From contig JAVBTI010000105.1 in the NCBI GenBank assembly GCA_031556255.1, forward strand, positions 2,180 through 66,179: DNA of 64,000 nt, read 5' to 3'. The stretch comes from Deferribacterales bacterium (lineage in GTDB: Bacteria > Chrysiogenota > Deferribacteres > Deferribacterales > JAISNW01). Numbering within the stretch: the stretch's first letter is position 1; every line of letters begins with the position of its first letter. The notes under the pieces were generated by a model. The model was not told where the DNA came from and made no database searches. It worked only from the letters and a program-made list of their open reading frames with translations. Of the stretch, positions 16,870-28,584 are shown piece by piece. The position numbers and the translations under genes were made by a program.

Positions 16870-18126
16870 TTATTTCTTCTTTTTATCCGTCGTGCTGTTT
16901 TTGGCAGGGGTAGCCTTTTTTGTCTCAGTTTTTTTGGTTCCTGTACTCTTTGCCGGAGTATTTTTTTTGCTTGTTGCCGCAGCTTTCTGTGTCGTCTGTT
17001 TGGCCGCCGTCTTATTGTCTTCCGCTGACAGTGTTTCCGCAAGGAATGATATGGCCGCCGTATACTTCATACTGCTGTTGTATCTGTGTATGGGACAGGC
17101 GTTTTCAAAGAATACAACGGAAATAAAGGTATCGTTATCTTTGTCCAGCTTCATCAGCACCCCACTGTCGTTATCAGGGTAAGCTTTACTAAACATTACA
17201 CCTTTATTTTTCAGCGTTTTTACTGTCATCCTGTTCCCCGTGTCACAGGGTGAAGAGGCATAGGCACTGTCCGGCAGTGATTGTTTCAGCGCAACCAGCG
17301 CAGCGGTGTTTTTGCCTTTCTTCCAGCCGTGCTCTTTGATATAAAAAGCCACGCTTTCTATGGCGTCTTCATGAACGGCGACTATATCCACACGTCCGTC
17401 ACCGTTGCCGTCTTTACCGTAACGCATTATGTTGTCTGGCATGAACTGGGCTATCCCTATAGCTCCGGCATAAGACCCCCTGTAGGACAGAGGATCGGCT
17501 TTCTCCTTATCGGCAAGGATAAACAGTTTGGTTAACTCCCCTTTGAAATAAGTTGATCTGCGGGGATATTCAAACGCAAGGGTACCCAGGCTCGTGACGG
17601 CGGTTCTTTTAAATTCAGTCTTTCCGTAGGCCGATTCCACCCCAATTATGGCTGTAATAACATGAGAAGGAACATCCCAGCGAGCAGAAGCGTTATCTAA
17701 GGCCTTTTTGTTATCAGCCATATACTTTTTTCCGCTGTCAATCCTCTCTTTTGAAAGAAGCTTGTCGGAATATTCAGGCCAAAATTTCTTTTCCGCCGGG
17801 ATATCCATCAGCTCCACAACCCTATAATCGAAGTAGCTGCTGTCAAACGCTTTTATCAGGATAGAGTTATCCAGTTTATATTTAACGGATATTTCTTTTA
17901 TATAATCCTGCACATCCTGGTATTTAGACATTGCCTCCATACGGCGCGTACTTGTGTTGTCCTCAGGAGTGATAGTTTTATGATCGAATTTATTTTCGAC
18001 TGCTTTTACAGGAATAGCGGCAGCGGTTTTCTTGGCGGACGGCCCAGACACAGTGGCGGCACAGGCGGCACAGAAAACTGAGATACAAAAAAAGATTAAT
18101 ACGGATACTGTTATATGTCCTTTCAT
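16870..18126 (-). CDS. Lytic murein transglycosylase B-like (MltB family) with a Lys/Thr/Ala-rich C-terminal tail
   Basis: Signal peptide, then MltB blocks GVESAYG...SYAGAIGIAQFMPDNIMRYGKDGNGDGRVDI. The last ~60 aa are low complexity (KKNTPAKSTGTKKTETKKATPAKNSTTDKKKK). Confidence 0.85.
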   Translation of the reverse strand: MKGHITVSVLIFFCISVFCAACAATVSGPSAKKTAAAIPVKAVENKFDHKTITPEDNTSTRRMEAMSKYQDVQDYIKEISVKYKLDNSILIKAFDSSYFDYRVVELMDIPAEKKFWPEYSDKLLSKERIDSGKKYMADNKKALDNASARWDVPSHVITAIIGVESAYGKTEFKRTAVTSLGTLAFEYPRRSTYFKGELTKLFILADKEKADPLSYRGSYAGAIGIAQFMPDNIMRYGKDGNGDGRVDIVAVHEDAIESVAFYIKEHGWKKGKNTAALVALKQSLPDSAYASSPCDTGNRMTVKTLKNKGVMFSKAYPDNDSGVLMKLDKDNDTFISVVFFENACPIHRYNSSMKYTAAISFLAETLSAEDNKTAAKQTTQKAAATSKKNTPAKSTGTKKTETKKATPAKNSTTDKKKK

Positions 18127-18170
18127 AAGATATAGCTTCTTTGAATTTGTCTTTTATGTCAAGTGCCTGT

Positions 18171-18179
18171 TGCGGATAA
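18171..18179. promoter_or_regulatory. DnaA-box-like 9-mer TGCGGATAA (8/9 match to TGTGGATAA)
   Basis: Read directly from the sequence, in the spacer between the mltB-like gene and the DUF5706-like gene. Confidence 0.3.
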
Positions 18180-18267
18180 TTATTTGCTCCTCCCCCCCTT
18201 TCGTATAAAAATATGATGTAAATTAACTAATTTATGTGCTATAAAGGCGACCGGGGGAAGTATATCA

Positions 18268-18789
18268 ATGTATAGCCCTGATGACTCGGCAGTTTTGCGC
18301 GATATTTATAAAACCATGGTGGAGTGGGTGCGTTTTGCCGACCAGAAAATATCCATCATGCTGGCCATACACAGCGCCATAATCGTATTTATAGTAAGGG
18401 GGATAGGCTCATCCACAAGCGGCATGTTTATGGATATCGAACAGGCTGTCCTGCTTATACTTACCCTGTCCGCGTGCTTTTTCCTGCTCTACGCACTTAA
18501 ACCCCGCGTAAGAAATATATATGTGACTCCTGAAAAAGTAAATGTATACTCATACACTGATATATGCACCCTCACACCTGCCGAATACATGAAGATAGTG
18601 GTGAGCAACGGTATAATCAGCGCAGGTAACCCACTTGCTGAAGATTTATCCAGCCAAATTGTAATAAACAGCAATGTGGCGGTTAAAAAGTTCCGTCTCA
18701 TAAAGAATGTCGTCTATTTCGATTTTACCATTATAGCAATAGCTGCATTATATGTGGTAATCCATCGGCTGCTCAATCTGATCATATAA
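18268..18789 (+). CDS. DUF5706 / Pycsar-effector-like transmembrane protein (orphan)
   Basis: 173 aa. N-terminal EWVRFADQKISIMLAIHSAIIVFIV resembles the xWxxxADxKAxxLLAxNGALL start of this family. It has 2 TM helices early, a central soluble stretch, then SQIVINSNVAVKKFRLIKNVVYFDFTIIAIAAL (KKF/KKY-R-L plus a terminal TM). Confidence 0.5.
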   Translation: MYSPDDSAVLRDIYKTMVEWVRFADQKISIMLAIHSAIIVFIVRGIGSSTSGMFMDIEQAVLLILTLSACFFLLYALKPRVRNIYVTPEKVNVYSYTDICTLTPAEYMKIVVSNGIISAGNPLAEDLSSQIVINSNVAVKKFRLIKNVVYFDFTIIAIAALYVVIHRLLNLII

Positions 18790-19058
18790 TAATGTGAAAA
18801 AAAACTGAATGTTTCCAAAACTTTCTGCTTTTCTTGTGCAATGCGTTTTTTTTATAAAACTCAGAACAAATTATGTGAAAATATTTCAACAGATATCCAC
18901 ATACTTTTCCAGCCACAGATTATTGTTGCTGATGTATTTTTTTTACTTGTCAACATGATCGAAAACCTCTAATATTGATTCATATTTTATTTAAAAGAAA
19001 AATAAATATAGTTACTTTGATTGTTTTGTAGAAAAATACTGACAGGGGATCTCCGTAT
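18790..19058. other. Candidate replication-origin segment (AT-rich spacer upstream of dnaN)
   Basis: 269-bp ORF-free AT-rich spacer containing ATATCCACA (18893..18901, 8/9 match to TTATCCACA) and an AT-rich run TTCATATTTTATTTAAAAGAAAAATAAATATAG. It coincides with the minus-to-plus switch in gene orientation. Two parS sites lie within 10 kb. Confidence 0.35.
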
Positions 19059-20168
19059 ATGAAGTTTACAATAATGAAAGAAGCGCTTTACCCGTTACTC
19101 CAATACGCCGGAAATTTCACCACCTCCAAAAATCTTAACATGATTCTGCAGAACATTTTAATTGAGGTGGACGATAATAATGTTATATTAAAGGCTACAA
19201 ACTTTCAAACCGGATTCAGTTGTGTTTTAGGAGCGAATGTTATAGAGCCGGGCACAACCACCGTTTCGGCAAAAAAACTCTCCGATATAGTTAAAGCTAT
19301 GCCTGATGGAAAGGACATCGACTTTATATTCGACGGATCAAGGTTGCATGTTAAATCAGGAAAATCCGTTTTTCAGCTCTCCACCATGGATGCTGCTCTT
19401 TTTCCGAACAGTCCTACAATAGCTCCGGAATACGCTTTTGATATCAAGGGAAATTTACTGATCACCCTCTTTAAACGAATTGCATTCTGTATATCTAACG
19501 ATACCTCCAAAATAGAGTATAACGGCGCGCACATGAGTGTGATGGCTGACAAGATAGAAATATCCTCCGCCGATTATCAGCGTATCGCCACAACCTCGGC
19601 TACGTTTGAAGGTGGTTTTTCCGATGAATTTATCGTAAATATCCCGAAAAAGACAGTGACCGATATCACGAAAATATTTGAGAATGCCGACAGCGTGCAC
19701 GTCATTACAGATAAAAGGCAGATCTCATTCAACACAGATAACGTTACAATCACCTCTAAACTGATAGATAAATATATTAAAAGCCTGACTAGGCTTTTCC
19801 AGACGGAGTACAAACTTACTGCGCTGATGGACAGAAACGAACTGACGGAAGTTGTCCGGCGTATATCCGCCATCACCAGCGAGATAACGCACGGGCTCCT
19901 TTTCTCGTTTCAGAATTCGCAGCTCACAGTTTCAAGCCTTGAAACGGAACACGGCAAGGGTACAGAAATCGTAGATGGGGTGGATTTTAAAGGAGAGGCG
20001 ATAGATATAATCTTTAACGCGAAACATCTTCTTGAAATTCTCACGAACACGGATTCCCCGAAGGTTACTTTCGCCATGAACTCAAAAACTCAGCCGGCGC
20101 TTATTCTGCCGGATAACGGAGAGGCAAAATATCTGTTGGTACCGATATCGATAGAGAAACTCGCTTAG
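19059..20168 (+). CDS. dnaN: DNA polymerase III beta sliding clamp
   Basis: 369 aa with a typical three-domain beta-clamp sequence. Followed by recF and gyrB in the classical order. Confidence 0.95.
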   Translation: MKFTIMKEALYPLLQYAGNFTTSKNLNMILQNILIEVDDNNVILKATNFQTGFSCVLGANVIEPGTTTVSAKKLSDIVKAMPDGKDIDFIFDGSRLHVKSGKSVFQLSTMDAALFPNSPTIAPEYAFDIKGNLLITLFKRIAFCISNDTSKIEYNGAHMSVMADKIEISSADYQRIATTSATFEGGFSDEFIVNIPKKTVTDITKIFENADSVHVITDKRQISFNTDNVTITSKLIDKYIKSLTRLFQTEYKLTALMDRNELTEVVRRISAITSEITHGLLFSFQNSQLTVSSLETEHGKGTEIVDGVDFKGEAIDIIFNAKHLLEILTNTDSPKVTFAMNSKTQPALILPDNGEAKYLLVPISIEKLA

Positions 20169-20172
20169 AGAA

Positions 20173-21195
20173 ATGTCCCTCTCCAGAATAGAGTTGCAAA
20201 ATTTCCGCAATCACAGGTATTTTGCGGCAGATATACCGCAGTTGCTTTACGTGCATGGAGACAACGGCGCGGGGAAAACCTCTCTGGCGGAATCGATTTA
20301 TCTGCTGCTCACCCTGAAAACTTTCCGTCACAATAATATAACCGACCTTAAAACTTTCGGAGAATCCTACTTTCGCATAAAAGGTACTTTTGTTAATAAA
20401 GATGTCTGCGAAGCAGTTTACTTTTACCAGGATAAGCGTACGGTGATGACGGACGGCGCCGAATGTCAAAACCTGTCCGTCTATACACATATGCTGCCCG
20501 TAGTATGTTACTCTCCTGGTTTTGAATCGGTCTTTTCACAACAACACTCCGAACGGCGGCAGTTCTTGGACCGGATGATCTTTTATACCGATCCGTCTCA
20601 TCTTCAGGACGTGCGCCAGTACAATGCTCTGTTGGTGCGTAAAAGAGCTGAGCTGGACAGGGAAACACCGGGCGGGGAGCTTATATCTGTTTTAAATGAA
20701 CGGATGTTACCACTGTCCGAAAGGATATCCACTCGCAGGCAGGCACTGACAGCCGCCATCAACGGGAAAATTGCCTGTGAGCCGGAGCTGACCGCGGCTT
20801 TTCTGCCGGAGATGAACCTGGCGCTGAATATCAGCTCACTGGACGACAGGGACGAGGGGAAAGAGATCGTTTCAGGCCGCCCCCTGTATGGCGCCCACAA
20901 AGATCTGCTCTATCTTAAGCAGGGCAATAAGACTGTGGAGAAGTTTCAGTCGTTTGGACAGAAGAAATCCGCCCTGCTTTTTCTTTTGTATTATTTTGCA
21001 ATTCGTATTGAAGAATGCCGTAATTGTGGTATAATAATACTTTTGGATGACTTTGAGGCGGGCCTTGACGGACGGCGCTGCGGCATCCTGAACGGGCTTT
21101 TTCTGGATGGCGCTTCCGGGCGGAGGCAGCTTTTTATGACCGGCCTGAATATCCAGCATTATAAAGGCGTTGAGACGCTGGCGCTGCCCGTGTAA
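20173..21195 (+). CDS. recF: DNA replication and repair protein RecF
   Basis: N-terminal IELQNFRNH, Walker A GDNGAGKTS, signature-like SFGQKKS, Walker B ILLDDFEAGLD. Confidence 0.9.
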   Translation: MSLSRIELQNFRNHRYFAADIPQLLYVHGDNGAGKTSLAESIYLLLTLKTFRHNNITDLKTFGESYFRIKGTFVNKDVCEAVYFYQDKRTVMTDGAECQNLSVYTHMLPVVCYSPGFESVFSQQHSERRQFLDRMIFYTDPSHLQDVRQYNALLVRKRAELDRETPGGELISVLNERMLPLSERISTRRQALTAAINGKIACEPELTAAFLPEMNLALNISSLDDRDEGKEIVSGRPLYGAHKDLLYLKQGNKTVEKFQSFGQKKSALLFLLYYFAIRIEECRNCGIIILLDDFEAGLDGRRCGILNGLFLDGASGRRQLFMTGLNIQHYKGVETLALPV

Positions 21196-21218
21196 CATGG
21201 GGCAGTGCGCCTGTGTGA

Positions 21219-23609
<2,391 letters not shown>

Positions 23610-23697
23610 TAACGGTTAAATATTCCAATAGCGGTAATCAAAGCGAAGGAACTGAGCGATTTAGCGTGATAAGCAAAAGCATGGATCAGGCGAAGCT

Positions 23698-23713
23698 TGT
23701 TTCACGTGAAACA
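23698..23713. other. parS: parS centromere-like site, perfect consensus TGTTTCACGTGAAACA
   Basis: 16-bp perfect palindrome identical to the ParB/Spo0J parS consensus (tGTTNCACGTGAAACa). It lies in the gyrB-gyrA spacer, ending 17 nt before the gyrA ATG. Confidence 0.8.
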
Positions 23714-23729
23714 TGAAGGTGATTTATAG

Positions 23730-26168
23730 ATGAGTGACAATAAAGAGATTATGAAACCAATCCCCGTGACAGTGGAGGAGACGCTCAAGACGAGCTACCT
23801 TGACTACGCCATGAGCGTTATCGTGGGAAGGGCGCTGCCGGATGTGCGCGACGGGCTGAAGCCTGTTCACCGCCGGGTGCTTTTCGCCATGCATGAGATG
23901 GGGGTGGAGTATAATAAACCTTACCGCAAATCGGCGCGTATTGTGGGTGATGTTATCGGTAAATATCACCCTCACGGTGACGCCGCCGCATACGATACCC
24001 TTGTGCGTATGGCGCAGACCTTTTCACTCCGTTATCCGCTTGTGGACGGGCAGGGTAACTTCGGCTCCATAGACGGGGATTCCGCTGCCGCAATGCGTTA
24101 TACTGAAGTGCGCATGCAGAAGATCACAACGGAACTTCTTGCGGATCTCGACAAAAATACGGTTGATTTTTCCCCCAACTACGACGCTTCCCTTGAGGAG
24201 CCGAACGTTTTCCCCACCCGCATACCGAACCTGCTCATCAACGGCTCCAGCGGCATCGCTGTGGGTATGGCTACGAATATTCCGCCCCATAACCTTACAG
24301 AGGTGATGGATGCACTGATCCTCAAAATCAACAACCCCGATACCACCGAAGCGGAAATATTGGGTATTGTTAAGGGGCCCGATTTCCCAACGGGCGCTAT
24401 GATAATGGGCCGCTCGGAGATCACAAAGGCGTATAAAACGGGCCGCGGGTCTGTGAAAATGCGTTCCAGGGCCGAGGTGGAGTCGCTCAAAAACGGCAAA
24501 GAGCAGATCGTTATAACGGAAATACCGTACCAGGTCAATAAAGCGGTGCTGATCGAAAAGATCGCTGAGCTCGTCCATGAGAAAAAAATTGTTGGCATAT
24601 CCGATCTGCGGGACGAATCCGATATGAACGTCCGCATAGTCATCGAGCTCAAAAAGGGTGAGGTCGCGGACGTCATCCTCAACCAACTCTATAAATTTAC
24701 CCAGCTTGAGTCGAGTTTTGGCATAAACATGGTGGTGCTGATAGGCGGCCGGCCCAAACTGACAACTCTTATGGAAATACTGGACGAGTTCATAGCGCAT
24801 CGGATTGTGGTGGTGACCCGCCGGACAATCTTCCTCCTGAAAAAAGCTGAAGATCGCCTGCATATAATTGAAGGGCTGCGGATTGCGGTGGAGAATATTG
24901 ACGAAGTGGTAGCGATAATCAAAAGCTCTGCCGACTCCCAGCAGGCCAAAGACAGACTGAAGGAGCGGTTCGAACTCTCCGAAATCCAGGCTCAGGCGAT
25001 CATGGAAATGCGTCTCTCGCGTCTGACCGGTCTTGAGATTGACAAGCTGAATGCCGAATACGAGACGCTCCTGAAAGATATAGAATATTTCAAACTGATA
25101 CTTTCAAACAGGCCGACTCTCATGGGAATAATTAAAGACGAGTTTGAGGAAGTGAAAAAAACTTACGGCGATAAGCGTATGACCGAAATAGCCGACGCTG
25201 CCGGTGAGTTTGAAGTGCTGGATCTTATTCCGAACGACGATATGGTTGTCACTATCACTCATGGCGGATATATAAAGCGCACCCCTCTTTCCAATTTCTC
25301 CGCCCAGAAGCGCGGCGGCAAAGGGAAAAGCGGCGCCGCTTCCCGGGTGGACGATTTTGTGGAGCAGATCCTTGTCACCACAAATCATTCGCAGCTCTTT
25401 TTCTTTACGAACAAGGGGCGGCTACACTTCCTTGACGTATATAAGTTGCCTGAGATGAACAGAGATACCAAGGGCAGGCATATTTCCAACTTTATTGCCG
25501 TGGAGGGAGGCGACAAGATAGCGTCAATCCTCGCCGTCGCCTCTAAAGACGAAAATAAATCGATCTTCTTCGGCACACGTAAAGGCGAGATTAAACGTAT
25601 AAGCATATCAGAATTTCAGAGCGGCAGGAAGGGTATGTTGGCTATGAAGCTGGACGATGGCGACGAACTTGTGGCCTCCCTTCTGACGGACGAAAATGAC
25701 AAGATATTTATGGCGTCAAAACAGGCAAAAAGCATCCAGTTCTTCGCAAAAGATATCAAACAGCGTAAACGTCAGGCGGGCGGGATCCGTGGCATGAGGC
25801 TGGGCACGGATGATGAAGTGGTATCTGTAGAGGTCATTACCGACCAGGGGGACATTATGACTGTCACCGCCAACGGCTACGGCAAACGTACAGCCATATC
25901 CGATTACCGCGAACAGTCCCGGGGCGGAGCAGGATTGAAGCTCTGCAAAGTGACTCCCAAAACCGGACCGGTGGTCGGTGCCATCCAAGTGCAGCCCACA
26001 GACGATGTGATGATGATCACCCGAAGCGGAAAGACTATCCGTTTTGCAGTGTCCGATATATCGGTGCTGAACAGGGATACTCAGGGCGTGAAGCTGATGG
26101 ATACGAGCGGTGATGAGATCATCTCCGCCGCAGTGGTTCGCGACGACGGTGAAGCCGAAGAAGCATAG
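23730..26168 (+). CDS. gyrA: DNA gyrase subunit A
   Basis: 812 aa. [36 protein letters not shown] (catalytic Tyr), and C-terminal beta-pinwheel repeats. Confidence 0.97.
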   Translation: MSDNKEIMKPIPVTVEETLKTSYLDYAMSVIVGRALPDVRDGLKPVHRRVLFAMHEMGVEYNKPYRKSARIVGDVIGKYHPHGDAAAYDTLVRMAQTFSLRYPLVDGQGNFGSIDGDSAAAMRYTEVRMQKITTELLADLDKNTVDFSPNYDASLEEPNVFPTRIPNLLINGSSGIAVGMATNIPPHNLTEVMDALILKINNPDTTEAEILGIVKGPDFPTGAMIMGRSEITKAYKTGRGSVKMRSRAEVESLKNGKEQIVITEIPYQVNKAVLIEKIAELVHEKKIVGISDLRDESDMNVRIVIELKKGEVADVILNQLYKFTQLESSFGINMVVLIGGRPKLTTLMEILDEFIAHRIVVVTRRTIFLLKKAEDRLHIIEGLRIAVENIDEVVAIIKSSADSQQAKDRLKERFELSEIQAQAIMEMRLSRLTGLEIDKLNAEYETLLKDIEYFKLILSNRPTLMGIIKDEFEEVKKTYGDKRMTEIADAAGEFEVLDLIPNDDMVVTITHGGYIKRTPLSNFSAQKRGGKGKSGAASRVDDFVEQILVTTNHSQLFFFTNKGRLHFLDVYKLPEMNRDTKGRHISNFIAVEGGDKIASILAVASKDENKSIFFGTRKGEIKRISISEFQSGRKGMLAMKLDDGDELVASLLTDENDKIFMASKQAKSIQFFAKDIKQRKRQAGGIRGMRLGTDDEVVSVEVITDQGDIMTVTANGYGKRTAISDYREQSRGGAGLKLCKVTPKTGPVVGAIQVQPTDDVMMITRSGKTIRFAVSDISVLNRDTQGVKLMDTSGDEIISAAVVRDDGEAEEA

Positions 26169-26178
26169 AAACTTTTAT

Positions 26179-26263
26179 TCGTCATTCCGGGCTTGACCCG
26201 GACTCCAGGATAAAATTAGTAAGGAAAATCCTTATTGTTTAATTTTGGGTTGCGGCCCGGGAC
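26179..26263 (+). repeat. REP/MITE-like two-module intergenic element (family A, copy 2)
   Basis: TCGTCATTCCGGGCTTGACCCGGACTCCAGGATA ... GGGTTGCGGCCCGGGAC. It shares the hairpin module CGTCATTCCGG-loop-CCGGA(A/C)TCCAGGATA and the second module GGRTTGCGG..CCCSGGAC with copy 1. Confidence 0.6.
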
Positions 26264-26296
26264 CGCAATGACATGGTAACATTGCGGAGGTAGTTT

Positions 26297-27151
26297 ATGA
26301 GCGCCATAATAATCGATGGTCAGGCCGTTGCTGCAAAAGTCAGAGGCGAAATCGCTGATAAAGTGGCGGAATTGAAAACATCCCACGGTAGAGTGCCGGG
26401 GATCGCTGTTGTGCTTGTGGGAGATGATGCCGCGAGCCAGGTTTACGTCGCATCCAAAGAGAAAGCCGCTATTGCTGCGGGCATGCACTCCATTGTGCTG
26501 CGGCTTCCTGTGTCCACGCCAGAAGAAGAACTTATTTCAGTTGTGGAGAGACTCAACAAAGATGCGCAGATTCACGGCATACTTGTGCAGCTTCCATTGC
26601 CGAGGCATATAAATGATGGGAAGATTATCATGGCCATTTCACCATCGAAAGATGTGGACGGTTTTCACCCTATTAATGTAGGTAAACTCCACATAGGGGA
26701 AAAAACTTTTGTCTCATGTACGCCGTTTGGAGTTATGCGCCTGTTGAGAGAGTATAATATAGACCCCGCGGGCAAACGTGCCGTCGTGGTGGGGCGAAGC
26801 AACATAGTGGGGAAACCGATGGCAGCCCTCCTGTTGCAGGCCAACGCTACAGTTACAGTCTGCCACTCCAAAACGAAAGACCTTCCCAGTGTGTGCAGGG
26901 AGGCTGATATTCTTGTCGCCGCCATAGGCCATGCGAAGATGATAACAAAAGAGTATGTCAAGCCGGGCGCTGTGGTGATTGATGTCGGTATGAACCGTGT
27001 GGATGGCAAACTCTGCGGCGACGTGGATTTTGCCAATCTGTTGGATACTGCCTCAGCGATGACTCCCGTGCCGAAAGGGGTTGGCCCCATGACGATAGCA
27101 ATGCTTATGAATAATACCCTGCAGTCGTTTATGGAACATTCGGTCCGGTGA
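26297..27151 (+). CDS. folD: Bifunctional methylenetetrahydrofolate dehydrogenase/cyclohydrolase
   Basis: 284 aa. [56 protein letters not shown]. Confidence 0.95.
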   Translation: MSAIIIDGQAVAAKVRGEIADKVAELKTSHGRVPGIAVVLVGDDAASQVYVASKEKAAIAAGMHSIVLRLPVSTPEEELISVVERLNKDAQIHGILVQLPLPRHINDGKIIMAISPSKDVDGFHPINVGKLHIGEKTFVSCTPFGVMRLLREYNIDPAGKRAVVVGRSNIVGKPMAALLLQANATVTVCHSKTKDLPSVCREADILVAAIGHAKMITKEYVKPGAVVIDVGMNRVDGKLCGDVDFANLLDTASAMTPVPKGVGPMTIAMLMNNTLQSFMEHSVR

Positions 27152-27173
27152 CCCGCGCGGTCAGGATGGTGCC

Positions 27174-28493
27174 ATGTCGACTATAGTCGCGCCGCTCACA
27201 CCGGTTCAGCGATCCGCAGTCATAGTATTGCGGGTGAGCGGCCCGGAAATTAAAAACCTTTTCACGCTTTTCAACGTCAATCCGCAACCTCGTGCTGCGA
27301 CACTCTGCAGATATATATCTAAAAAGCATCCATCGGTTCAGGACGATGTTCTTCTCACATATTTTAACGCCCCTCACAGTTATACCGGTGAAGACGTGCT
27401 GGAGATCTCTTTCCATGGAAACCCTCTGATAGTGCATGCGGCGATTGCCGACATGCTGGCAATGGGGGTGCGCACCGCAGAAACAGGCGAGTTCACCAAA
27501 AGAGCATATCTGAACGGGAAGATGACGCTTGCCCAGGCTGAAGCAGTAAACGCTCTCATAAACGCACATACGGAAACCGGGATATCCGTCGCAAAAAACA
27601 CACTTGACGGCAAGCTCGACAAGGTTTTTTACGAGGTACGAAAGGGGCTGACCCGGCGGCTCGCGGAACTGGAGGCAGCAATAGATTTTTCCGAAGAGAT
27701 GCCGGAAACGGCCGAGAATAACCCGCTGGAAAGCATTGCCTCCGCGCTGGCAAAGCTTAATAAGTTGCTGGATGAATACCGCTCCGCCCAGATGGCGTTG
27801 AATGGAGTACGGGTTGTGATAGCCGGCGCCCCGAACGCCGGAAAATCAACCCTTTTTAATGCTCTGGTGGGGCGGGAACGCGCAATAGTATCAGATGAAG
27901 CGGGGACCACCCGCGACACACTGTCTGAAATGGTCAGCACGCACGGAGTAAATTTCGCATTGGTTGATACGGCGGGTGTCCGGGAGAGTGAATCGAAGGC
28001 AGAGCAAGCGGGTGTCCGGAGAACGATGAACGAGGTGGACGAGGCGGATCTTCTCCTAATACTTGTTGACCTCAGTGAAAAAGTATCCCCTGGTACAACC
28101 CTGCTTATGGAAAATACAAAGGAAAAGAGCAGGATAATAATCGGAACCAAGTGTGACCTGGCCACATTGCATAACTACTATGAGAAGAGAGTTGAAATAT
28201 TGATTTCTGTGGATACAGATATTAATTTAGATGAACTAAGGGAGGAGATCGCTTCGAAAGTGGCCGGCCTTTTGCCCAAAGATGATTCAACACCGGCGAT
28301 TCTTGCCGAAAGGCAGCGGAATGAATGCGCGGAATGTATCAGAGAGCTTTCTGCGATCACAAAAGACCAGACGCCAGATCTCCAGGCTTACCATCTTCGC
28401 CGGGCAGTACAAGCACTCGATCGTTCTCAAGGTGTTTTAGTCGCGGAACAGACACTTGACGAAATTTTTTCACGATTTTGCATCGGAAAATAG
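27174..28493 (+). CDS. mnmE: tRNA modification GTPase MnmE
   Basis: 439 aa. G-domain GAPNAGKSTLFNAL, DTAGVRE, and the C-terminal FCIGK motif. Confidence 0.95.
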   Translation: MSTIVAPLTPVQRSAVIVLRVSGPEIKNLFTLFNVNPQPRAATLCRYISKKHPSVQDDVLLTYFNAPHSYTGEDVLEISFHGNPLIVHAAIADMLAMGVRTAETGEFTKRAYLNGKMTLAQAEAVNALINAHTETGISVAKNTLDGKLDKVFYEVRKGLTRRLAELEAAIDFSEEMPETAENNPLESIASALAKLNKLLDEYRSAQMALNGVRVVIAGAPNAGKSTLFNALVGRERAIVSDEAGTTRDTLSEMVSTHGVNFALVDTAGVRESESKAEQAGVRRTMNEVDEADLLLILVDLSEKVSPGTTLLMENTKEKSRIIIGTKCDLATLHNYYEKRVEILISVDTDINLDELREEIASKVAGLLPKDDSTPAILAERQRNECAECIRELSAITKDQTPDLQAYHLRRAVQALDRSQGVLVAEQTLDEIFSRFCIGK

Positions 28494-28516
28494 ATAAATT
28501 GGTACAAACCGTTCAA

Positions 28517-28532
28517 TGTTTCACGTGAAACA
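28517..28532. other. parS: parS centromere-like site, perfect consensus TGTTTCACGTGAAACA (core of a 26-bp palindrome at 28512..28537)
   Basis: The same 16-mer as at 23698. Here the dyad extends to TTCAATGTTTCACGTGAAACATTGAA. It lies in the mnmE-mnmG spacer. Confidence 0.8.
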
Positions 28533-28584
28533 TTGAAATAATATATTTTCTTTCAGGAAAATATTGAGAGGCTTAATTTAAATA

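Noticed and set aside
16869-17042. Arg/Lys-rich 58-aa N-terminal extension of the LarE-like ORF (ORF track 16038..17042)
   Set aside because: It is an alternative-frame read of the low-complexity Lys-rich tail of the upstream MltB-like gene. The internal ATG at 16868 sits 1 nt after that gene's stop and gives a normal LarE N-terminus.
17507-17514. Perfect GCCGATAA (sigma-28 -10) on the minus strand inside the mltB-like gene, and a second one at 42511..42518 inside flgL
   Set aside because: There is no TAAA(GTTT) -35 element at the required 11-nt distance, and both are inside coding sequence. They are most likely chance 8-mers.
18192-18198. C7 homopolymer upstream of the DUF5706-like gene as a phase-variation tract in a promoter spacer
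   Set aside because: The candidate -35 (TTGCTC) and -10 (TATAAA) would be only 14 nt apart, so the tract is not convincingly inside a functional spacer. Seven C is also short for slippage.
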